Shown here: positions 19,106 through 29,117 of the stretch, piece by piece
How the letters are laid out: every line of letters begins with the position of its first letter
Position numbering within the stretch: position 1 is the stretch's first letter
From: a bacterium
GTDB taxonomy: Bacteria; Zhuqueibacterota; Zhuqueibacteria; Residuimicrobiales; Krinioviventaceae
Assembly: GCA_963693055.1 (NCBI GenBank)
Contig: OY843751.1
Location: forward strand, 5,440,001 to 5,504,000
DNA length: 64,000 bases
Direction: 5' to 3'
Made by a program: the position numbers and the translations under genes
Notes under the pieces: generated by a model
Database searches by the model: none
Seen by the model: the letters and a program-made list of their open reading frames with translations, nothing else
What the model was told of the DNA's origin: nothing

Positions 19106-19618
19106 CTATTCCTGAACCGGTATCAACACCTCTGTTTCTAATTTTTCTTTGGAAACCTTGCCCGGATCATTGAGATAGATCTCAAAGGATTCGTTCTGAA
19201 TGGCAATCCCCTTTTGTTCTGCAAATGCTGTCATTAGCTTGTAGGTATCTCCCACCTTTTGATAGGGACCGTAATGGATAGTGCGGATGTATCGTCCCTC
19301 GGGTAACCCGCCTAGTTTAATATCTCCCCGCTCCTCCAGCTCTTTTTTCACCGGAAATCCAATAGCCATATCCCATTTTCGGGTAAACACACGGATGAAT
19401 CCCATCAGCTTGTTTTCGTTCAACATGGTATCCCAGTTTAAATTCAGATACCGCACATAGGGCATACCACTCATCTCTTTACCCAATTCTTCCAGATAGG
19501 TCAAAATCAGCATATACGACTGCCGTATCATTAGCGGCATTTTCAGCATGGTGCACTGCATCCGGATTTCAAGCGTCGGCTCGTGTTCTTTTTTGATGAT
19601 TTTGATGGGGATTGGCAT
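19106..19618 (-). CDS. Stand-alone GyrI-like small-molecule-binding protein
   Basis: 'HYGPYQKVGDTY', 'FEIYLNDP', 'LETEVLIP'. Confidence 0.88.
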   Translation of the reverse strand: MPIPIKIIKKEHEPTLEIRMQCTMLKMPLMIRQSYMLILTYLEELGKEMSGMPYVRYLNLNWDTMLNENKLMGFIRVFTRKWDMAIGFPVKKELEERGDIKLGGLPEGRYIRTIHYGPYQKVGDTYKLMTAFAEQKGIAIQNESFEIYLNDPGKVSKEKLETEVLIPVQE

Positions 19619-19759
19619 TTTAACTCCAAATTATTATAAATTTTCAGGATATATTATAAATACAATTTTCAAAAACAACATGCAACAAAAAGTTATTCTG
19701 AAACATAAAACATCCAATTCCGTAAAAAATAGAGTGTGTGAAGAAAACAGGAATTAAAA

Positions 19760-20251
19760 ATGATCGTACCCGCCTTGCCCAAAGACGCAGAGGCCATTGC
19801 CAACATTTATAACCACTATGTTGCCGAAACCATTGTCACTTTTGAAGAGTTACCCGTCTCAATTCAGGAAATGGAACACCGCATCCGCAAGATTACCCAA
19901 TCGTACCCTTGGCTCATTGCCTTACAGGATGAACAGATCGTAGGATTCGCCTTTGCAAGTCCGTGGAAATCGCGTTGCGCCTACCGATACTCTGCTGAAA
20001 GCACCGTCTACCTCCATCCCGATCACACCTGCAAAGGATACGGGTCCCGACTTTACAGCCAGCTCTTGCAGGAGCTGAAATCCCAAAATCTGCACAGTGT
20101 GCTAGCTGGCATTTCTTTGCCCAATCCTGCCAGCATTGCCCTGCATGAAAAATTAGGATTTGATAAAGTAGCCCATTTCAAAGAGGTGGGATTCAAATTT
20201 GAACAATGGATTGATGTGGGGTACTGGGAACTCGTCTTAAACCAACCATAA
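19760..20251 (+). CDS. GNAT N-acetyltransferase (phosphinothricin/ArsN-like)
   Basis: IYNHYV..TFEE; AYRYSAESTVY; NPASIALHEKLGF; VGFKF..WIDV. Confidence 0.9.
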   Translation: MIVPALPKDAEAIANIYNHYVAETIVTFEELPVSIQEMEHRIRKITQSYPWLIALQDEQIVGFAFASPWKSRCAYRYSAESTVYLHPDHTCKGYGSRLYSQLLQELKSQNLHSVLAGISLPNPASIALHEKLGFDKVAHFKEVGFKFEQWIDVGYWELVLNQP

Positions 20252-20333
20252 CCATGATTCAAAGGATTCTCGGGATTACCTTGATATAACCCAGATGCAA
20301 AAAATAAAACCCAGATTAACAGGATTACCTTGA
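20251..20333. repeat. Inverted copies of the AATC module
   Basis: GGATTACCTTGA at 20273 and 20322; 20251-20285 is near the reverse complement of 4420-4453 and 5928-5961. Confidence 0.75.
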
Positions 20334-20455
20334 CTATAACTTTTATCAATACTAAATTACTTTTTCTAGTTGATTAAATTCAAAAAATCCATATCTTTTT
20401 TTAAACTAGCATAGGGTGCATTAATAGACTTCCTTAATAAATTTTAAAATTCAAT

Positions 20456-21688
20456 ATAAAAACAAAAATCTTTATACTAATCACTGTTTTATCAGCATTT
20501 TCCTTTTCACAATCATTCTATTATATCCCCGAACATTTTAATGAACTAGCGATCATAAATGATCCGGATGGATACACCAACATGAGAGCAGGTGAAAATT
20601 CTGATTTTGCGGTAATTGACACCCTTCAGGAATCAGAACTATTTTATTGCAATTACTCAGAATCCAGCGACTGGACCAAGGTAAAAAAATGTGAAGGTGA
20701 TTCCGGTTATGTACACAAAAGCCGTATTCAATTAATCAAAAACATGTCAAAGCAAGAAATTCATAAATTATTCAAATCCGTTTTCGCTAAAGAGTCTGAA
20801 TTGTTTTATTACCATTTATTAAACTCATCTTCACAGGCAAAGCGTATCAAAATGGAAAAGTACTCTGAGCAGATTTTAAATCCATTGCTAAAAATTTTAC
20901 CAGAGTATATATCCACAACAAAAGATACCGCATTGTTTCAGGATTTTCTGGATATTATCAACCTGGAAAAACATTCTGCAGACGAACTCCCTTCTTTTGT
21001 TTTGGGACAAATTTATATCGAAAATCCTGATTTTACATTAGAATCCGTTTCCCTTAAATACACCCCCCAATTACATGAGGCTCTTAAATGGGGATTCGAT
21101 AACATAATTTTTGAAAAAGAAAAACAAATAAATAACTATTCCACATTAAAAGATAAACTCGCAAACCTGAAAGAATTTAAGTTTCCGCCAATAATCCCGC
21201 AATGTGCAGACATTGCAGTTAATAGTCTGTATTTATGGGATCGAAACAGTGTTGAAGAAATGCTAGGCAGCGATATACATTGGGAATATCAGGATGATGA
21301 TATTTTTCCCCGCTATTGTGTCAGCAACAGGGACCAAACCCAATTTCTAACCCTGATCTTCCATCCCGGCAGTATAAAGAATGAATTCAGTGAATGTATC
21401 ATTTCATATCAACCACCAGAAGAACAAATTCACACATTGGATTTTATTGAAGAATTTGAGACTTTAAAAAATATACAGTTAGGAACAAAAAAAGACAAAC
21501 TCAAAAACGAGTTAGGATATCCACACAACGAAACCAGCATTAATGATACAACAATAGTACAATACAAAATTGATAATCTTAAAGATTCAGATTTTCTAAA
21601 ATTTTATTATACACCGATATATTATGGTAACTATACTTTTGCTAAAGACAGATTGATTCAAATACAATTTGGTTTTGAATATCCATAA
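20456..21688 (+). CDS. AT-rich secreted protein with an N-terminal SH3b-like domain; canonical start codon missing
   Basis: Frame is open upstream of ATG 20582 through 'AIINDPDGYTNMR' to a signal peptide '(ATA)KTKIFILITVLSAFSFS'. Confidence 0.65.
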   Translation: MKTKIFILITVLSAFSFSQSFYYIPEHFNELAIINDPDGYTNMRAGENSDFAVIDTLQESELFYCNYSESSDWTKVKKCEGDSGYVHKSRIQLIKNMSKQEIHKLFKSVFAKESELFYYHLLNSSSQAKRIKMEKYSEQILNPLLKILPEYISTTKDTALFQDFLDIINLEKHSADELPSFVLGQIYIENPDFTLESVSLKYTPQLHEALKWGFDNIIFEKEKQINNYSTLKDKLANLKEFKFPPIIPQCADIAVNSLYLWDRNSVEEMLGSDIHWEYQDDDIFPRYCVSNRDQTQFLTLIFHPGSIKNEFSECIISYQPPEEQIHTLDFIEEFETLKNIQLGTKKDKLKNELGYPHNETSINDTTIVQYKIDNLKDSDFLKFYYTPIYYGNYTFAKDRLIQIQFGFEYP

Positions 21689-21710
21689 CTAAATTATGTT
21701 AAATGAAAAA

Positions 21711-22514
21711 TCACTTTTTTATTATTATTGCAGAACCACTCATGTCAACCATAGGAATTGCTATTTCTTCTTTTCCCCTTAAAAAATCGTCAACCGCTTT
21801 TCTAGCCCCAACCCAAGCATTATAATCGTGAATTACAATAATACCATTTTTAGACATCCGGGGATAAAAAAATGTCAACCCTTCAAAAGTAGGTTCATAT
21901 AAATCTGCATCCAAATGAACAAAAGAAAAAGTCTTTTCCAATAATTCGTCTGTTATTGTGTCAGGGAAATAACCCATATAAAAATGTATATTATCATTTT
22001 GTGGATTAATAGCTGATTTTACAATATTTATTGATGTGTCTGCAAAAACATCTAATGAAACACTATGATCCATATTACTTTTTTCAGCTTCAACTCCTTT
22101 TTGGGTAAATCCTTCAAAAGTATCAAACAAATGTAATTGACGATTCGGAGAATAATAATGAAAGAGCTTTGCTGTTGCCCCCTTGTAAACACCAAGTTCT
22201 GCAAAATCACCCGGTATTGCATGCTCTTCTATGGTACGGAGTAAAAGTATCAACATATCGCGTCTAACAGAATCATAATGCTGCAACGAATGAATTTGCC
22301 GATGAATAAAGTCATCTTTTAAATAATATCCACCAGAAAAATCTATAAATTTTTCATCATACCATCTTGATGAAGGATGTAAAACCATCTGACCTTGCAT
22401 AAAATATGCTGAATCCTTTAAGATATAACTCAACTGCTTTAACATCCATTTTTTAGCTAACGGTATGTTATGTTTGGGATTAAATACCAATCGCTTAATA
22501 TATGACAAAAGCAT
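21711..22514 (-). CDS. TylF/MycF-family O-methyltransferase
   Basis: GDFAELGVYKG; FDTFEGF; HLDADLYE; HDY. Confidence 0.9.
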   Translation of the reverse strand: MLLSYIKRLVFNPKHNIPLAKKWMLKQLSYILKDSAYFMQGQMVLHPSSRWYDEKFIDFSGGYYLKDDFIHRQIHSLQHYDSVRRDMLILLLRTIEEHAIPGDFAELGVYKGATAKLFHYYSPNRQLHLFDTFEGFTQKGVEAEKSNMDHSVSLDVFADTSINIVKSAINPQNDNIHFYMGYFPDTITDELLEKTFSFVHLDADLYEPTFEGLTFFYPRMSKNGIIVIHDYNAWVGARKAVDDFLRGKEEIAIPMVDMSGSAIIIKK

Positions 22515-22778
22515 ACTCCCCTCCGGTAATAATTATTATTTGATAATCATTTTTTCTAAATACAGTCAAAATTTATGCCAAACGACAAATGTTTGTAATT
22601 AAAGAACTTGCAAAAAGTATCCCCTTAAAATTTCCTGCATAGATTTCCTATATACTAAAAATTTTCATACCTCAAAAACAATTAAACAATGCATCTATTT
22701 TGAAGAGAAATTTTTAAATTACAAAAATCATACAGTCTTATTTACTGTAATCCCCAAGTTAAACGACTTCTCTAACTA

Positions 22779-24680
22779 TTATGGAACAGTTAACAACCCC
22801 AGTATTTTTTCCCATTGAGCAAAATCAGGAACCACCAATTGCGCACCGGCCTTGATCAAACGTTCACGTTTAAACGTATTTAATCCGTGTCTGCGCTGTT
22901 CATCGCTGGCAACCCCAATTGCCAGTCCGTCATACTTGCGGCATGCCCGAATTTCAACGGGACCATCAGAGATAACCGCAAACTCGGGAGCATGCAAATT
23001 GTGTTCTTTGATTATTTTTTCAACCAATGCGTCTTTGCTAAAAGCATCTGTATCGCTCATGGCACCGTAAATGCCACCCTTGAACAGATGATTGTATTCC
23101 AACAACTCGGCTTCCTGCTCTACAGTAGCAACATCAATACTGCCCGCCAAAATCAAGGTAACTCCCCGGTCATCAAGACCTTCCAACAAAACCTCAACAC
23201 CCTTTATAGTAAAATCCGTGGGTTCAAGCTCCCCTTTTTCAATCCTCGAGATATTCTTACGTACCGGCTCCATCAACGTTTTTGTAAAAATCCTGAAATA
23301 CTCTTTTGGCTCCAAAACCTGATCTTCCGAAACAAGATTAAATTCTTTTACCATTTCAGTCAACTCTTCCATCTGCAGCAGAGGATGCAGCCCCGTTGAC
23401 ACATTAACAAAATTGCTAACACGTCTGGTGATCTTTTCGCACAGGGCTACCGGTATGGTATGTTCCTGCTCGCCCACAATACATTTTTTCATAACACGTT
23501 TCAACGTATCACGGGAATTCTCACGCAGGGTGCTGATGGTTCCATCATGATCAAAAATCACATACTGCACTCTTCCCAATCCCAGCGACTCACGGGGTAC
23601 ACAAATCTCTATCTCACTGTCTTCAATATAGTGAGCCTCTTCCAGATCTCTTGCCAGTTCAGGTTGATGCATATAGACTGCGTGTGTTTTTAAATCCAAA
23701 ATCTCCTGAATAGAAGCAGTTCCGGTTTGAAATAGCTTTTGAACCGTCACACCCGCTGCCAGATTGGCAATTTCAGCAGCTTCCGCTGGAGAACTTCCAG
23801 CAGCCAGGCACACTGCCAACGCACTGATCACCGTATCGCCGGCACCTACGGTATCCAATTTGTTGGTAAACAAGAGTCCCGGAACGTGGGCAATTCCTTT
23901 GTTATCAGCTATTATAACCCCGCTGTCACCCCGTGTAATGAACACAGGTTTGCGGGATTGCTTGTACAACATTTGGGCGTGTTCACGGGAAACACGATCA
24001 GGGATAATTTCGTCGGGTTGTGCGTCAACCCCCGACAAGTTGGCAGCTTCTACCGCATTGGTTTTGCGGTAAACATTTACAAGCATTTCTCCAAAATGTC
24101 GGGAATCCGCAATAATAATTTTATCACTAAAATCCTGAAAAACCCGGTTGGCCTGTTCTAGAAAGGCCTCTCCAATACTATCGGGAACCTGTTGGTTGAA
24201 AATCATAACATCGCATTGTGGCAACAAATGTCGGATATTCTCAATAATCTTGCGGTCCGTTTCCGGAGAGCGTTGATTATAATATCCAAAATCGATACGC
24301 GGCAACTCGCTATCACCCATGTATCGTTTACCATAAGTATAGGTATCAAAATCATTGGGCTGCACTACCAAATAATCGGTATTTACACCTGCGGCATTCA
24401 TCTGGTATTTCATTTCACGTCCGTAAATATCCGGACCAATTGCGCCAACCACATGGATTGATGCCGGTTTTAAAGCCGCCAGATTTGCAACAACATTAGA
24501 AGCACCACCCAGTGAATAGTAATGACGCGCTACTGCCTCGGTCTGCATACCGGTCTCGACCGATACTTCACCACCTCGGGCATCAAGTACCCAATACGCG
24601 TCAATACAAAAATCACCATACACCAAAACACGAACATTACTAATTTTATCCAACACTGCTTTTATTTGTTGTTCATCCAT
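22779..24680 (-). CDS. PfkB/HldE-type sugar kinase fused to a HAD-family domain
   Basis: GDFCID, GGASNV, DTVGAGD, ANLAAGV; C-terminal FDHDGT and DGPVE. Confidence 0.85.
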   Translation of the reverse strand: MDEQQIKAVLDKISNVRVLVYGDFCIDAYWVLDARGGEVSVETGMQTEAVARHYYSLGGASNVVANLAALKPASIHVVGAIGPDIYGREMKYQMNAAGVNTDYLVVQPNDFDTYTYGKRYMGDSELPRIDFGYYNQRSPETDRKIIENIRHLLPQCDVMIFNQQVPDSIGEAFLEQANRVFQDFSDKIIIADSRHFGEMLVNVYRKTNAVEAANLSGVDAQPDEIIPDRVSREHAQMLYKQSRKPVFITRGDSGVIIADNKGIAHVPGLLFTNKLDTVGAGDTVISALAVCLAAGSSPAEAAEIANLAAGVTVQKLFQTGTASIQEILDLKTHAVYMHQPELARDLEEAHYIEDSEIEICVPRESLGLGRVQYVIFDHDGTISTLRENSRDTLKRVMKKCIVGEQEHTIPVALCEKITRRVSNFVNVSTGLHPLLQMEELTEMVKEFNLVSEDQVLEPKEYFRIFTKTLMEPVRKNISRIEKGELEPTDFTIKGVEVLLEGLDDRGVTLILAGSIDVATVEQEAELLEYNHLFKGGIYGAMSDTDAFSKDALVEKIIKEHNLHAPEFAVISDGPVEIRACRKYDGLAIGVASDEQRRHGLNTFKRERLIKAGAQLVVPDFAQWEKILGLLTVP

Positions 24681-24704
24681 TTCTGTTCCCGAATCATAGT
24701 TTTT

Positions 24705-25985
24705 CTATTCTGCAATAGCTTCCAGTTTTTCTAACCGTTTTATGCTTTCAACCATGCAGCGAATAGTATGATAGTTGACCTTCCAGGAATGGCTCATATG
24801 GTTCCAGACCTTTTTATCGCCTTCCCTGTTCATCAATGGCCACCATTCACCAACCGGATGATTGATCATTTTGTCAAACACAAAACGGTGCACATTTTCA
24901 TATGCAGGCCAGTATTTTTCATCATTGAACAGCAATACACCATCTAACATGCCAATCATTACTTCTGCCTGCTGCCAGAATTCTTTTTCCCGGTCATGAA
25001 CGCCACCCGCGTGAGATCCTTCAACATACACACCGCCATATTCCCAATCAATACCATGAGCAAGAGCATGGTCAAGCTGCAATCTTATCAGATCCAGATA
25101 TGGGGTTTTGTCAATGCTCAAAATATCAAGCGCACGATTCAATAACCAGGCAAATTCACAGTTGTGGCCATAGGATGTATTATCATCCGCATTATCTTTA
25201 GCGCCACTGTCTGAAAATCGGTCCCAGCCCCATACAATATCAAACTTGATTTGGGGGGCTACTTTCCAATCCCGCCAGAACTGTGGAATTCCGGTTCGAT
25301 ATTCAGGGTGCAATATTCGTTCCAACAACAGCTCTATGCTCTCAATTAATGCACGACGATGCGTAGATTTCCCTGTACATTCATACAGAGTGGTAAAAGC
25401 TTCCATCAAGTGCATGTGAACATCCAACGTCTTGCGATCGCCACCCTCACTGCCGGGGCCGCAAAGGTCCCAATTTTTCTCAAACATTTCAAAAAATCCG
25501 CCATACATTATGTCAAGACCATGGGTTTTGATCAATTCAAAAACGCGTTCGGCATATTTTTGACCTCGTGGGTCACCGGTTGCCAGGGTATATTCACTCA
25601 AAGAGTACATACAAAACGACAAACCATACATTATTTTCTTTTCAATCTCGGGTTCGCCGCTTCTATATGTGGTCCAGATAAATCCTTCATTCTCCTTGTC
25701 CCACATTTTATCAAGAAGAAAATCCACACCATGGTCAGCAAAATCTTTACAGCTTCCTTCTCCCCAACCGGCTCTATGCGCCTGGGCAAAACTGAAAACC
25801 GTACGTGTTTGTGCAATCAGAGATTTTTGATCATCACCGCTGTCATTTCCATCTTTATCAAAGTGGGTAATAAATCCCCCGTATGTGTCATCTTTACTTC
25901 TATCCATCCAAAAAGGCAATAATTCTTTAGTTAAATGATGTATTGCCTCATTTTTCAATGCAGTAACGTTTTCTTTTTTCAACAT
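24705..25985 (-). CDS. AGE-family sugar epimerase/isomerase
   Basis: QTR; HMHLMEAFT; SYGHNCEFAWLL; FWQQAE; WKVNYH. Confidence 0.9.
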   Translation of the reverse strand: MLKKENVTALKNEAIHHLTKELLPFWMDRSKDDTYGGFITHFDKDGNDSGDDQKSLIAQTRTVFSFAQAHRAGWGEGSCKDFADHGVDFLLDKMWDKENEGFIWTTYRSGEPEIEKKIMYGLSFCMYSLSEYTLATGDPRGQKYAERVFELIKTHGLDIMYGGFFEMFEKNWDLCGPGSEGGDRKTLDVHMHLMEAFTTLYECTGKSTHRRALIESIELLLERILHPEYRTGIPQFWRDWKVAPQIKFDIVWGWDRFSDSGAKDNADDNTSYGHNCEFAWLLNRALDILSIDKTPYLDLIRLQLDHALAHGIDWEYGGVYVEGSHAGGVHDREKEFWQQAEVMIGMLDGVLLFNDEKYWPAYENVHRFVFDKMINHPVGEWWPLMNREGDKKVWNHMSHSWKVNYHTIRCMVESIKRLEKLEAIAE

Positions 25986-26045
25986 TGAACGCTCCTTTTG
26001 TTATTTATATGAATTAATTTAGTCCAAATAAAGAAACTACTTTTT

Positions 26046-26231
26046 TTACTGCTCCTCTTCACTTGATTCAACCATAAATATTTTACCATTTTTAACATCC
26101 GTAAGATGATCATATTTGGGATACCGGGAAGATAATGCATCCAGTTTTTCCAATAATAGTGTCTCTTGTTCTGTAATGGATTGATCAGTATCTACCCATC
26201 TTTTGTTCCGTTGCTTGAACCATTTAAACAT
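26046..26231 (-). CDS. Small hypothetical protein
   Basis: 61 aa; fills the gap between co-oriented genes; no recognisable motif. Confidence 0.4.
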   Translation of the reverse strand: MFKWFKQRNKRWVDTDQSITEQETLLLEKLDALSSRYPKYDHLTDVKNGKIFMVESSEEEQ

Positions 26232-26237
26232 GATACT

Positions 26238-27443
26238 TTACTCCTTCATATCCAGCTCAAATAAGCGGCCCTCTCCCGCTTTAAAAACAAGCTCACACTT
26301 GAAACGATTATTTTCCAAATCTATATCCGTGTTTTCAACTTTGCCAAAGTTTATCTGTCGTAAATGTTTTACCTTTTCATTAAAAAACAATTTACAGACA
26401 GCCCCTGTTTGAACATTTTTGTTTACCAACCATATCCAATAATGATTACCTCTCTTGTAAATACCGGTTAAAAATTGATTACCCATCATATTAACAAGAG
26501 GTAAACCCGCTTTTAAAGAAACACAGCCCTTGGGTACCGGGTCTGTATGAAAGACACCAACTGAACTTACATCATTCAGAAACGGAGCAAAAGATTGAAC
26601 CACATCATTTAAATATCGAATATGTGTGATGGTACTTGTTGATCTGTTGATATCAAGAATAATACCTTCTTTATTATCACGTTCAAAAGCATTCGGATAA
26701 TAAGCAATTCCCTTTGCACCATATGCCAGCACACTGAAAAACTGAACATCCAGTTGACTTTTTTCCACCGCTGGGCTAAAATGATGTGTTTGAGTCATTG
26801 TGGCCCACCAGGGGATGTTTTCTTCTTCACAAATACTTTTCAAGATTTCCAAATTCTGAAAATAATCCGTATCGGCAGTAAATACAGGAAATTGTTCAAA
26901 ACAGATCAGACGTGGAGAAACCCGGTCAACCAGATTCCACAGATCGCGATAAAAATAGTTCAAACCATTAATATCATTCTGGCGATGCAAAGGCAGCATA
27001 TTCACCAAAGCAGGATGCTCAGGATCTTGTGCATTCAAATAGTGAATACTGTTTGCAAACCGGGAATACATACTTGAATCTGGCTTGTCAAAAGTATAAT
27101 AACCATAAAACGATGAATGAATAGAATAATCTGCTATCATACTATCCAGCATTTGTTGCTTTTGCGGATTTTGCATAAATTGATCAATGCGCTGATCTGC
27201 AAGAATCAGTTTTATATCCAGAGAATCTGCCAACCCTAACCATTTAATATTTTGTTCTAATCCCACAAATGGCATTGCTACAATATTAAATCCTGCTTGC
27301 TGCAATTCTATCACTTGCGTATTTTCTATTTTTTTTTGTTCAGAATTCAACAAAGCCATCACCGGAACAGGAGTAGTGGTCTTGTATTGTTGACAGCTGA
27401 TTAGGAAAAACAGTAGGATAACAAATCGGGTATAAAATCTCAT
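26238..27443 (-). CDS. Lipoprotein, probable glycoside-hydrolase-like TIM barrel
   Basis: Lipobox LISC; 'AGFN', 'DPEHPALVNMLP', 'LAYGAKGIAYY'. Confidence 0.55.
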   Translation of the reverse strand: MRFYTRFVILLFFLISCQQYKTTTPVPVMALLNSEQKKIENTQVIELQQAGFNIVAMPFVGLEQNIKWLGLADSLDIKLILADQRIDQFMQNPQKQQMLDSMIADYSIHSSFYGYYTFDKPDSSMYSRFANSIHYLNAQDPEHPALVNMLPLHRQNDINGLNYFYRDLWNLVDRVSPRLICFEQFPVFTADTDYFQNLEILKSICEEENIPWWATMTQTHHFSPAVEKSQLDVQFFSVLAYGAKGIAYYPNAFERDNKEGIILDINRSTSTITHIRYLNDVVQSFAPFLNDVSSVGVFHTDPVPKGCVSLKAGLPLVNMMGNQFLTGIYKRGNHYWIWLVNKNVQTGAVCKLFFNEKVKHLRQINFGKVENTDIDLENNRFKCELVFKAGEGRLFELDMKE

Positions 27444-27570
27444 ATCTGCCTTGAATTAGATCACGTTGTAATAATAAAGTATTACGATAGTAAAGTCAAG
27501 AAAAAAAGATTTCATTTGCTCAAATGTCAAGTTTTGTTATCTTATAAAAATAAAAATGGGAGTAGATATA

Positions 27571-29109
27571 ATGTCATTCAATACCAATGGTAGTATATCT
27601 CGCAGGGACTTTATCAAAACCTCTTCGGCTGCGGCCATTGGGGCACCATTCGTCCACTGCGCAAGTCGTAAAGAAAAACCAAATCTGTTGTTTATCTGGA
27701 CAGACGAACAACGCGCCGACACAATGGCAGTATATGGTAACAGACGTATCCATGCGCCAAACCTGAATGCATTGGCGAGCGAAAGTGTGGTTTTCAAGAA
27801 CGCCTATATTAGCCAACCGGTTTGCACTCCTTCCCGTTCAACCGTAATGACAGGTTTGTGGCCGCACAATAATACCTGCACACAGAACAACATACCACTA
27901 CCTGAAACGACCCCCTGTTTCCCGGAATTGATTGATGATCCCGATTATCGCACCGGCTATTTTGGAAAATGGCACCTGGGTGATGAAGTTTTTGCCCAAC
28001 ATGGGTTTGAAGAATGGAAAAGTATAGAAGACGGCTATTGGAAATATTATAGCGAAACACGCAACAAAGACCAGAAAAGTGATTATTGCCAGTATCTTAA
28101 ATCACTGGATTATAAACCCAATACCAGCCGGAATGACTATAGCCGCAGCTTTGCGGCTAAATTGCCTCTTGAACATTGCAAACCCAAATTCCTTGAATCT
28201 CAGGCCATCGATTTTTTAAACAGGCACCAGAACAATCCCTTTATGCTGTATATCAATTTTCTTGAACCGCACATGCCTTTCTTTGGACCGCTGGATTATG
28301 AACACCATGTGTCTGATATAGATTTACCAAAAAATTTTTGGGACCCCCTGGAAGAGAACGAACCCTTGCGTTATAGATTGCTGCGAGAATACTATAGAAC
28401 CAATGGGTATGACAATAATGACCTAAGTACTGAAGCCGGTTGGCGAAGATTGATTGCAAACTATTGGGGCCTGGTAACCCAGGTAGATCTCAGTGTTGGC
28501 GCTATTCTTGATCATCTAGAAAACCTGGGACTGGCAGACAATACCATTGTGGTTTATACCAGTGACCACGGAGATATGATGGGTTCTCACAATCTGTTAG
28601 CCAAAACCGTAATGTATGAAGAATCGGTAAGAGTGCCTTGGCTTATGCGTGTTCCGGAATTTGGCAAAACCCAAAAAATAATTAAGAACAGAGCAAGTCA
28701 TATTGACCTTGTTCCCACATTATTGGAATTAATGCAGGGGAAAAATCGTTCAGACTTGCCTGGAAAGAGTCTTTTGCCCAATTTTAGAGAAAACCGCAAT
28801 TTAGATAATGATATATTTCTAGAGTGGAATCCTCCAACGGGCAGCAAACCATCACGAATGGTCAACAATATTCCAGAAAACGAACAGCTGAATGCTTACA
28901 ATGCAAGCATTCGTACAGTAATAACTCAAAACGGTTGGAAACTCTGCCTGAGCGATAAAGATAAAAGCCAGCTCTTTAATCTTGATAAAGATCCATACGA
29001 GACCATAAACCTGTTTGATTCTGGCCAACATAATGATGTTATTAATGATTTGACTGACAGAATTGTGAACTGGCAGCAAAACACCCGGGATACAATACAA
29101 ATAATCTGA
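27571..29109 (+). CDS. Tat-exported formylglycine-dependent sulfatase
   Basis: SRRDFIK; PNLLFIWTDEQR; CTPSR; GKWHLG; SDHG. Confidence 0.93.
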   Translation: MSFNTNGSISRRDFIKTSSAAAIGAPFVHCASRKEKPNLLFIWTDEQRADTMAVYGNRRIHAPNLNALASESVVFKNAYISQPVCTPSRSTVMTGLWPHNNTCTQNNIPLPETTPCFPELIDDPDYRTGYFGKWHLGDEVFAQHGFEEWKSIEDGYWKYYSETRNKDQKSDYCQYLKSLDYKPNTSRNDYSRSFAAKLPLEHCKPKFLESQAIDFLNRHQNNPFMLYINFLEPHMPFFGPLDYEHHVSDIDLPKNFWDPLEENEPLRYRLLREYYRTNGYDNNDLSTEAGWRRLIANYWGLVTQVDLSVGAILDHLENLGLADNTIVVYTSDHGDMMGSHNLLAKTVMYEESVRVPWLMRVPEFGKTQKIIKNRASHIDLVPTLLELMQGKNRSDLPGKSLLPNFRENRNLDNDIFLEWNPPTGSKPSRMVNNIPENEQLNAYNASIRTVITQNGWKLCLSDKDKSQLFNLDKDPYETINLFDSGQHNDVINDLTDRIVNWQQNTRDTIQII

Positions 29110-29117
29110 GGAGATGA

